From Candidatus Peregrinibacteria bacterium (GTDB taxonomy: Bacteria; Patescibacteriota; Gracilibacteria; Peribacterales; Peribacteraceae): a stretch of 64,000 bases of DNA. Within the stretch, counting starts at the first letter, position 1, and each line of letters opens with the position of its first letter. The position numbers were made by a program, and so were the translations under genes. The stretch covers positions 1,116 through 65,115 of the forward strand of contig JACPMB010000015.1 of NCBI GenBank assembly GCA_016186175.1, in the 5' to 3' direction. The notes beneath the pieces are model-generated. The model was not told where the DNA came from, did no database searches, and worked only from the letters and a program-made list of their open reading frames with translations. Positions 55,516 through 63,099 of the stretch are shown in pieces.

Positions 55516-55538
55516 CATGCTGAGCGTAGCGAAGCATG
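55516..55538. repeat. Hairpin with conserved 11-nt loop (H6)
   Basis: Stem catgct / agcatg (6 bp). Loop GAGCGTAGCGA. A partial duplicate, gcgtagcgaagcat, follows. Confidence 0.75.
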
Positions 55539-55586
55539 GGCGTAGCGAAGCATCTCTCATATTCAGAATAACGTATACTGGCACGC

Positions 55587-57248
55587 ATGCCGACCTGCGC
55601 AGAGTGCATTCAATCGTTCGCGATCACCGATCGCGACCGCGCGTTCTACCGAAAAATGGACGTTCCTCCCCCGAAATCCTGTCCCGACTGCCGATTCATG
55701 CGCAGACTCGCGGAGCGCAACGCGAGAACGCTTTACAAAAGGAAGTGCGACCTTACCGGCAGGGAATTCATTTCGCCGTACCACCCGGATCGGCCGTTCC
55801 CTGTCTACCACCCCGACACATGGTGGGGCGACGGATGGGACGAGACGGCATACGGACGCAGCGCCGACTTCTCGCGTCCGTTCTTCGACCAACTCGGCGA
55901 ACTCCTGAATGAAGTTCCGCACCAGGGGCAGTTCGTCGTGCCGGGAACCATGCAGAACAGCGACTACGTGAACTGCGCTGGGTATCTGAAGGATTGCTAC
56001 CTGATCGCGGAAACCGACTACAACGAAAACTGTTACTACGGTAATCGTATCTTCTACAACAAGGCAATGGTTGACTGCAGCAACGTCTACGAGAACGAAC
56101 TCTGCTACGAGTGCATTGATTGCCGCAAGTCGTACGGGCTCAAGTTCTGTGAGGAGTGCGAAAACTGCAGCGGGAGCTTCTTCCTCAGTAACTGCATCGC
56201 CTGCCGCGACTGCATCAGCTGCATCAACCAGCGGCAGAAGCATCACATGATCATGAACCAGCAGCTGACTGAGGAGGAATACGAGAAACGGAAGGCCGCG
56301 CTGGAGCTGAACACATATGACGGCCTCCAGAAGATGCGGCGGGATGCCGACGAGTTCTTCCTAACCCAGCCGCACAAAGCCGTCCAGAATGAGCACAACG
56401 AGCGTTCGACGGGCAATCATCTCTATAATTCCAAGGATTGCGAAGACTGCTACGACTGCAAGGATGTGGAAGACTGCGTCCACTGCGCTCGAGTGTTCTC
56501 GGTGAAATCGTCCATGGATTACACGTCGTGGGGCGACCGGTCGGAGTTGATGTACCAGTGCGCGTCGAGCGGCGACCGGGCGTACAATCTCAAATTCTGC
56601 ACGACGTGCACCACCGGGAATAGCAACCTCGAGTACTGCGCTCGCTGCTCGGAATGTTCAGACTGTTTCGGCTGCGTAGGCATGCGGAAAAAGAAGCACT
56701 GCATCTTCAACAAGCAATATTCCAAAGAAGAGTACGCGAAACTCCGGGACCAATTGATTACGCGCATGAAACAATCAGGTGAATGGGGAGAATTTTTCCC
56801 AAAATCCCTCTGTCCGTTCGCGTACAACGAAACGATCGCCATGGAATATTTTCCGCTTGCGAAGGAAGAGGCTCTCAAACGCGGATACGCGTGGAGGGAT
56901 CCGGTGGATGATCCGCCGAATGTCCCCCGCACGATTTCCGCGGAGCAATTGCCGCAGACGATCGTCGAAGTTTCCGATGACGTCCTGAACTGGGCCGTGA
57001 CGTGCCCGGTCACCGGACGTCCATTCCGCATCATCAGACAGGAACTCGCTTTCTACCTGCAAATGGACCTGCCGCTCCCGCGCAAGCACCCCGATCAACG
57101 CCATGCCGAACGGATAGCGCGGCGCTCCGGCGTCCGGATGTACTCCCATGCATACGCGAAGTGTTCACGGGATATTCAAACGACCTACGCTCCCGAGCGG
57201 CCGGAGATCGTGTATTGCGAACCTTGTTATCTTAAAACAGTCTACTGA
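55587..57248 (+). CDS. Cys-rich repeat protein, paralog 3
   Basis: 553 aa, 38 Cys by my count. MPTCAECIQSFAIT..CPDCRFMRRLAERNARTLYKRKC.., ..CSECSDCFGCVGMRKKKHCIFNKQYSKEEYA.., ..GEWGEFFPKSLCPFAYNETIAMEYFPL.., ..LPLPRKHPDQRHAERIARR..YAPERPEIVYCEPCY.. Confidence 0.8.
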   Translation: MPTCAECIQSFAITDRDRAFYRKMDVPPPKSCPDCRFMRRLAERNARTLYKRKCDLTGREFISPYHPDRPFPVYHPDTWWGDGWDETAYGRSADFSRPFFDQLGELLNEVPHQGQFVVPGTMQNSDYVNCAGYLKDCYLIAETDYNENCYYGNRIFYNKAMVDCSNVYENELCYECIDCRKSYGLKFCEECENCSGSFFLSNCIACRDCISCINQRQKHHMIMNQQLTEEEYEKRKAALELNTYDGLQKMRRDADEFFLTQPHKAVQNEHNERSTGNHLYNSKDCEDCYDCKDVEDCVHCARVFSVKSSMDYTSWGDRSELMYQCASSGDRAYNLKFCTTCTTGNSNLEYCARCSECSDCFGCVGMRKKKHCIFNKQYSKEEYAKLRDQLITRMKQSGEWGEFFPKSLCPFAYNETIAMEYFPLAKEEALKRGYAWRDPVDDPPNVPRTISAEQLPQTIVEVSDDVLNWAVTCPVTGRPFRIIRQELAFYLQMDLPLPRKHPDQRHAERIARRSGVRMYSHAYAKCSRDIQTTYAPERPEIVYCEPCYLKTVY

Positions 57249-57518
57249 TTAAAATCTCCGATACGCATCTTTCCTGTGTCCGACTTTAACGACGGTGATG
57301 ATGAGAACGCCTTTATTGACGGAATAGACGACGCGATACCGTCCTATGCGGATGCGGTAGAAATCTTCATACCCATGCATTTTTTTCACTCCTTGCGGGA
57401 ACGGATCTTCAGCAAGGTTGCGAATCGCGGCGTTGATATGCTCACGGATGGGATCACGCAAATTCCGCAGATCACGCTCGGCGCTTTGTCTTATGACAAT
57501 GCGGTATCGGTTGTTCAT
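57249..57518 (-). CDS. RelE/ParE-family type II toxin
   Basis: 89 aa. ..YRIVIRQSAERDL..FYRIRIGRYRVVYSVNKGVLIITVVKVGHRKDAY... Overlaps the antitoxin by 4 nt. Confidence 0.8.
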   Translation of the reverse strand: MNNRYRIVIRQSAERDLRNLRDPIREHINAAIRNLAEDPFPQGVKKMHGYEDFYRIRIGRYRVVYSVNKGVLIITVVKVGHRKDAYRRF

Positions 57519-57760
57519 TTCTTCTTCTTCGAAGGGAAAGCTTTTTCAAAAGGTATCAACGGTTCATTCTTCCGCTCCTCGATCGCCTGCATATCCTCAA
57601 AATCTTCGATCATTTCCATCAACATTTCGTAATCATCGAAGGGAACGACCACCGAATGCATCTTGGAATTCACAATGAGATATGCGGCCTGCCTCTTCGG
57701 CAGGGCCTTCGTGCCATGCCTCTTAAGATCCTGAAGAGTGATGGTAGGAAAGGTACTCAT
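57515..57760 (-). CDS. Phd/YefM-like type II antitoxin
   Basis: 81 aa from ATG 57760. ..ITLQDLKRHGTKAL..AAYLIVNSKMHSVVVPFDDYEMLMEMIEDFEDMQAIEE... Confidence 0.7.
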   Translation of the reverse strand: MSTFPTITLQDLKRHGTKALPKRQAAYLIVNSKMHSVVVPFDDYEMLMEMIEDFEDMQAIEERKNEPLIPFEKAFPSKKKK

Positions 57761-57853
57761 ATCGGTATTGATAATAGTACCTTTATTGTACCTAAGCACG
57801 CGTTGTCAGTCAAGTGTTATCCTGCTTCCAGGCAATCAAATTGGAAATTTCGC

Positions 57854-58222
57854 TTACTGATGATTGAGAGTGGGATGCTTATAACCGAATTGTTCCATTA
57901 CCCGGACACGCGCGCGCCTGAGCGCAATGTTTATGCCCCTCATCATGTCCGGCGAAATCATTTCGTCTCTCGCCCTGATGATCCCGTCCAGGTCACCGCA
58001 AAGCGACTCCCACTGTTCTTTTTCAATTTCAGTTCCGCCTGGAAACCCACGCAGCCGCTGCCGGATGCTTTCGTACAGCGACTGCAACGCCGTGCCATTG
58101 CATTTTATGCACCGGTGATGCCGCGCTGACCCTCTCTCCCACTGCGTGCCGGTGATGTTTGCGCTCAATGCCTTGTATTTTTCATCGAGCATGTCGAGCA
58201 TTGCCTGGCGCGGAGATTGCAT
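57854..58222 (-). CDS. Hypothetical protein
   Basis: 122-aa ORF. No family recognised. Confidence 0.4.
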   Translation of the reverse strand: MQSPRQAMLDMLDEKYKALSANITGTQWERGSARHHRCIKCNGTALQSLYESIRQRLRGFPGGTEIEKEQWESLCGDLDGIIRARDEMISPDMMRGINIALRRARVRVMEQFGYKHPTLNHQ

Positions 58223-58308
58223 ATTGTGATCGCTAAAGAAGAAAACGGGTTGCGCATTATGCCTCCGATATATATTTACAGCAAGCCAATTTCCGGCACA
58301 ATGGCGTC

Positions 58309-60546
58309 ATGGCTCTGAGATACATGCACATAGTCATCCCGCAGGGCGTTGAGGGGAACAAGAAGCTTGAGTCCAGATTCCAGGAACTTCTGGTGAATCT
58401 TTGGAACACGTTCACCGGAAAGCGCGTTTCGCTAGAATTCTACGGCTACGCGCAGTACACCTATTTCTTCATCGTGCTTGAAGACAATCTTTTTGAAACG
58501 GTGGAGGGTCTCGTCTACGCCACATTTCCGGACGCTGAAATCAAGGAAATGAAGGACTACACGCTTAATCTCGATGCAAAGAGCCAGACGATCGCAGGGG
58601 CCGAGGTGACGCTGAATCACTCGGACATTTATCCCATCAAGACATACGACGGTTTTGAAGAGGACAGTTGCTCGCGTTTGTTTTCGGTCATCTCGAAAAT
58701 CGGGCGCGACGACCAAGTGTGGGTGCAGATCATAGCGGAACCTCAGAACGACACCGGGGTGTTCCATTATCTCCGTAACTGGAGAAGAAGGCGCGCGGAT
58801 GCGGGGCACTTTTTCTCAATCAGGGATCGCCTTCGCGAAGGCGGCCGCAAGGGCGTCGGCCGGCGGCGGCACGACAAGGCTCTGGAAAAAGCCGGAATCA
58901 AGCCTTTCCGCGTTAGCATCCGCTGCGCATATATTTCCGACGCGCAGTCTGCCGGACGACACCTGGAAGCCGTGGCTTCGAGTTTTTCGCAATTCAACGA
59001 GAAGGACATCAATGAAATGCGCTGGCATCGCGCGAAAAACGCCGGAAAATTCGTCGCTCAATTCCGGGCGCGCAGCCACGCCGTTCCTTACATCCTGAGC
59101 GCGAAGGAGATTGCGACGCTCTATCACTTCCCCAACGCAGATGCTGTGCCGCACATAGTGCACGTGCTTGCGCGCAAGTCCGACCCGCCGCAGGACCTGC
59201 CGAAGATGGGCGAAAAAGACGTCAGCGCGTTCGGGCTGACAAATTACCACAACAATTTCGTGCCGTTCGGCATCCGCCGCAGCGACAGGCGCCGCCACCT
59301 GTACACCGTCGGAAAATCCGGCGCCGGGAAGAGCAAACTGCTGGAGCTGCTGATCAACGAGGACATTAAGAACGGCGAGGGCATCGCGGTGCTCGATCCG
59401 CACGGAGACCTGATAGACGCGATAATGCGGTACATTCCAAAAAGCAGAATAGAGGACGTCGTTCTGCTAGATCCGGGCGATACTGAATTCCCGATCGCGT
59501 TCAATCCGCTCGAAAAAGTGGACGAAGCCTTCAAAATGCAGGTGACGCTTGGCTTCCTGCAGATTTTCAAGAAGCTCTTCGGTAACAACTGGTCCGATCG
59601 TCTCGAGCACGTGCTGCGCTACACGACTCTGGCTCTTCTGGACAGTCCGAATACGACCGTGCTTTCGATACTCAAGATGCTTACGGACAAGAATTACCGC
59701 CAGAAGATCGTCGCGCGCATCCAGGATTCCGTCGTCAAGAACTTCTGGGTCGCGGAGTTCGCGGCGTGGAGCGAGAAATTCGACGCCGAGGCGATTACTC
59801 CGCTTCTCAACAAAGTGGGTCAGTTCGTCGCCACCAACATGATCCGCAACATCATCGGGCAGTCCAAAACGAAGTTCGATATCCGCGAGATCATGGACAA
59901 GAAGAAGATCCTGCTGATGAAAGTCAGCAAGGGTTTGCTCGGCGAAGAGAACTCGTCGCTCATCGGCTCCATGTTCATTACAAAGCTGTACCAGGCGGCC
60001 ATGAGCCGGGCGGACACGCCCGAGGAAAAGCGCACTGACTTCTACTTCTACGTTGACGAGTTCCAGATTTTCGCGACCGACACGTTCGCGGAAATTCTCT
60101 CGGAAGCACGCAAATACAAACTGAACATGACTCTCGCGCATCAGTACATGGGGCAGCTAAGCGCCGTCGTGCGCAAAACCGTGTTCGGCAACGTGGGCTC
60201 CATTATCAATTTCCGCGTCGGAGCCGAGGATGCGGTGATACTAGCGGAAGAATACACGCCGACATTCAAAGAGCGCGACATCATCAACCTTGGCGTCCGC
60301 GAATTCTACATCAAGATGTCGGTGAACGGAGAGCTGCGCGAGGCTTTCTCCGGCCGGACGCTGGACGCCCCCAAGGTAGAGAAGGATTTTACCCGGGAAA
60401 TAATCTCCGCATCGCGCAAAAAATACTGCCTGCCGAAAGCTGAAGTGGAAGAAACGCTGAAAAAATGGGACGAGGCGGCTGCAGCGCCGCCGTCGGAGGA
60501 AGAGCGGGCGGCAGTTGAAGAAAAATTCGAGGAACCGCTGATCTGA
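58309..60546 (+). CDS. TraD/VirD4-like T4SS-type ATPase (soluble, CPR 'T4SS DNA-binding domain' type)
   Basis: Walker A ..YTVGKSGAGKSKLLELL.., ..GIAVLDPHGDL.., Walker B ..FYFYVDEFQIFATD.., ..ARKYKLNMTLAHQYMGQL... No TM helices. Confidence 0.7.
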   Translation: MALRYMHIVIPQGVEGNKKLESRFQELLVNLWNTFTGKRVSLEFYGYAQYTYFFIVLEDNLFETVEGLVYATFPDAEIKEMKDYTLNLDAKSQTIAGAEVTLNHSDIYPIKTYDGFEEDSCSRLFSVISKIGRDDQVWVQIIAEPQNDTGVFHYLRNWRRRRADAGHFFSIRDRLREGGRKGVGRRRHDKALEKAGIKPFRVSIRCAYISDAQSAGRHLEAVASSFSQFNEKDINEMRWHRAKNAGKFVAQFRARSHAVPYILSAKEIATLYHFPNADAVPHIVHVLARKSDPPQDLPKMGEKDVSAFGLTNYHNNFVPFGIRRSDRRRHLYTVGKSGAGKSKLLELLINEDIKNGEGIAVLDPHGDLIDAIMRYIPKSRIEDVVLLDPGDTEFPIAFNPLEKVDEAFKMQVTLGFLQIFKKLFGNNWSDRLEHVLRYTTLALLDSPNTTVLSILKMLTDKNYRQKIVARIQDSVVKNFWVAEFAAWSEKFDAEAITPLLNKVGQFVATNMIRNIIGQSKTKFDIREIMDKKKILLMKVSKGLLGEENSSLIGSMFITKLYQAAMSRADTPEEKRTDFYFYVDEFQIFATDTFAEILSEARKYKLNMTLAHQYMGQLSAVVRKTVFGNVGSIINFRVGAEDAVILAEEYTPTFKERDIINLGVREFYIKMSVNGELREAFSGRTLDAPKVEKDFTREIISASRKKYCLPKAEVEETLKKWDEAAAAPPSEEERAAVEEKFEEPLI

Positions 60547-60624
60547 CTGGACAGCCCACACCCGCCCGCGCCCCGATGCAGGAAAGCGTCTGTGGAAAAT
60601 CCATTGATCCGCGAAGCGGGCGTA

Positions 60625-60945
60625 TTATCGGTCGTTGCCCCACATCATTCCGCCCTGCTGCATCATCCTGCTTCTCATCATCCCCTGCTTCATCAGGCCC
60701 AGTTCCACGCCGTTGTCGCCGAATTCCATCCGCGCGGAAATCGTAAGAGCAGTAAGCAGCAGCGCCCCAACAACGCCTACAGCGAAGAGCCACAATCCCA
60801 CTTCTTTCAATTTTTGCGCCGGCAGGTGCTTTATCGCCCAAGCCACCAGCAACAGCACGCCTATGACGGCAAAAAAATGGAACAGCCCGTGCAACAGCGG
60901 AAAAATGCCGTGACCGCCCTTGAGAATGAAAGGAGAGTACATCAT
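60625..60945 (-). CDS. Small membrane protein with Met/Gln/Gly-rich tail
   Basis: 106 aa with three hydrophobic helices. C-terminus ..MKQGMMRSRMMQQGGMMWGNDR. Confidence 0.45.
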   Translation of the reverse strand: MMYSPFILKGGHGIFPLLHGLFHFFAVIGVLLLVAWAIKHLPAQKLKEVGLWLFAVGVVGALLLTALTISARMEFGDNGVELGLMKQGMMRSRMMQQGGMMWGNDR

Positions 60946-61136
60946 GTAAAACTGGGAAGTGGACGGCGTTCATGCTAGATCATGCTGCGACTGTTTTCCA
61001 TGGCAAATTATCAGCGATTAGTATGCCGTGCGAATTGAAGCTCGTGCTTGATCTGTCCGAATCGTTCTGGAATGTGGCCTTTATGAATGTGGAATATTTG
61101 CATTTCACCTACATTCTGTATTCCATATACCTCGTC

Positions 61137-61640
61137 ATGGATATCTACGCCTTTCTCGAATCCCACGGCATCACCTACCAGCGCTTCAATCACCCTGCGG
61201 TCTTCACCTGCGAGCAGGCCAATGAGCTCAGAATGCCAATGCCCGGGAAGGATACAAAGAACCTCTTCCTCCGCGATGAGAAGGGGAAACGGCACTTTCT
61301 CGTGAGTGTGGGACATGAGAAACAAGTGGATATCAAGGCTCTGAAGACGATTCTCGATACACAGAAACTCTCATTTGCCTCGCCTGAGCGGCTCAAGACA
61401 TATCTCGGCGTCGAACCCGGCGCAGTCACGCTACTCGGCTTGATCAATGACTCCGGTCACGCGGTGGAGATCTTCATCGACGAAGCAGTCTGGAATGCCG
61501 AGGCAATCTGCTGCCATCCGCTCGTGAATACCGCAACCCTGTGTATTCCTCACTCCGGCATGGAGCTCTTCTTGAGCGCAACTGGCCATACGGCTCACGT
61601 AGTGGACATCCCGAAACGGTCTCCGTCATCAGGTGCCTAG
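61137..61640 (+). CDS. YbaK/ProX-type aminoacyl-tRNA editing domain protein
   Basis: MDIYAFLESHGITYQRFNHPAVFTCEQA..KNLFLRDEKGKRHFLV..LGVEPGAVTLLGLIND... Start at ATG 61137. Confidence 0.75.
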   Translation: MDIYAFLESHGITYQRFNHPAVFTCEQANELRMPMPGKDTKNLFLRDEKGKRHFLVSVGHEKQVDIKALKTILDTQKLSFASPERLKTYLGVEPGAVTLLGLINDSGHAVEIFIDEAVWNAEAICCHPLVNTATLCIPHSGMELFLSATGHTAHVVDIPKRSPSSGA

Positions 61641-61690
61641 GGTGCATGTTTCTGTCGCTTGCAGACCACTCTTCGTTTTCTGCATCGAGA

Positions 61691-62080
61691 TCACAGTGTA
61701 CGCCTTGGCAGACACTTTTTTTTGGCGATTTGCAGGAGATACGGTTGCGGCGGTAACCACTGCCCGCTGACGGGAATAATGTCGATGTCCTTGTGTGGCA
61801 CGTTCGTCGCTGTACTCATTGGCCCACTGATGTCGCGAAAAATTGCATGGAGGTACATTCCTCCTGGACGGACAAATTGGAAAAGTTGTCGCGAGAATTC
61901 CACTTGCTGTTCTAGAGGCAACTTTGGCACCGTCGCGATCACAATATCCGCGCATTCCGGCTCAAGAATATCGGGCAAGCTTGATGCGTACGCCTGGTGG
62001 AACTGCACGCGCGGGTCATTGACGAAAGGCTGCTGATTTTCTCTCATGACAGAGACATTTTTTGGATCCTGTGCTACCAC
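61691..62080 (-). pseudogene. Class I methyltransferase-like ORF lacking the SAM-binding motif I (apparently 5'-truncated by the adjacent AT-rich island)
   Basis: ..DPRVQFHQAYASSLPDILEPECADIVIATVPKLPLEQQVEFSRQLFQFVRPGGMY.. corresponds to post-I to motif VI of a Rossmann methyltransferase. The frame is closed by TGA ~45 nt upstream, inside AT-rich DNA. Confidence 0.45.
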
Positions 62081-63090
62081 AAAAAGCTCAATGCACTTTT
62101 TGTCTTTGGTGATGAATATATGCTCTCATCACCGTCCCAAACCAACATAATCTCTCTATCCGACTCCAGATAATCATGCATCCACTCAATCTTGACCGGC
62201 AATTGAACCTCTATTGCAAGAACTAATTTAGCATTTGGAACATTCTGTAAATATCGGTACTCATATAATTGACTCACTCCTTTCCTGATTTGTGACCTTG
62301 CATTCTCTTCTGTGATTGATTTCATTTCGAATATATAATCATTCTGTTCCACTCTAGCAGCCAAATCGATCAATTGATTTGATTTCGGAAGATGCCCTTT
62401 GTTACTTATCCTATTGGCAACCAAGTTGACTAAATGTATATGTGCATTATCAGAGCGATCCAATTTTGCCTGGTCTTTGTATATCAAAATTGAATCTCTA
62501 GCTTTATTGCTTCTCTCTTCCACAATTTGATACTCGCTCAAGCTTCCGCTACGCGGCAATATTGGCTCATCAACATTATTGAAGTCTAAAATGGGAACTT
62601 GCTCATTGATATTCGAAGAGACAAAAACCTTCTGGTCACTTTCACTAACTATCCCCAGAAATTTCAGCCATGCAACAAGTGTACTAGTTCTTCGTGGTAA
62701 CATTGATTCTCCGATTTCTTCAGTAACACTACCCAAATATTCAACAAGGTTATCCTTCGTAACGCCTTCTTCACTTGTTTCAAGAAAAGCAATAAGTCGC
62801 TGAAAAATCCTCACATTTAAAATTGAACGTGCCAATATTGAGCTGCGTAAATTCTCACTCGACTGAAGTAGTTTCTTGCCTGATTCGGTCAACACAGATT
62901 GATTGCCTTCATTCCTTATGAAACCCAATATTTCAGCGGCCCTCCTATAGTATCTGCCCTGCCTATCCACTTTACCAATGCGTTGTGATATTTCTTGAAA
63001 TGTTTTTGCCCCCTCTGATACTGCCATCACTGTCTTCACTACATCCTCCAATACATCTGCCTGTGGTATATCATTGCTGTGGATCTTCAT
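62074..63090 (-). CDS. Type II restriction endonuclease-like protein (N-terminal wHTH-like region plus C-terminal PD-(D/E)xK)
   Basis: 338 aa. ..LIDLAARVEQNDYIFEMKSITEENARSQIRKGVSQLYEYRY.. fits a D..ExK nuclease core. It is adjacent to the DPPY methyltransferase and lies in AT-rich DNA. Confidence 0.6.
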   Translation of the reverse strand: MKIHSNDIPQADVLEDVVKTVMAVSEGAKTFQEISQRIGKVDRQGRYYRRAAEILGFIRNEGNQSVLTESGKKLLQSSENLRSSILARSILNVRIFQRLIAFLETSEEGVTKDNLVEYLGSVTEEIGESMLPRRTSTLVAWLKFLGIVSESDQKVFVSSNINEQVPILDFNNVDEPILPRSGSLSEYQIVEERSNKARDSILIYKDQAKLDRSDNAHIHLVNLVANRISNKGHLPKSNQLIDLAARVEQNDYIFEMKSITEENARSQIRKGVSQLYEYRYLQNVPNAKLVLAIEVQLPVKIEWMHDYLESDREIMLVWDGDESIYSSPKTKSALSFLW

Positions 63091-63099
63091 AGTAAGAGA

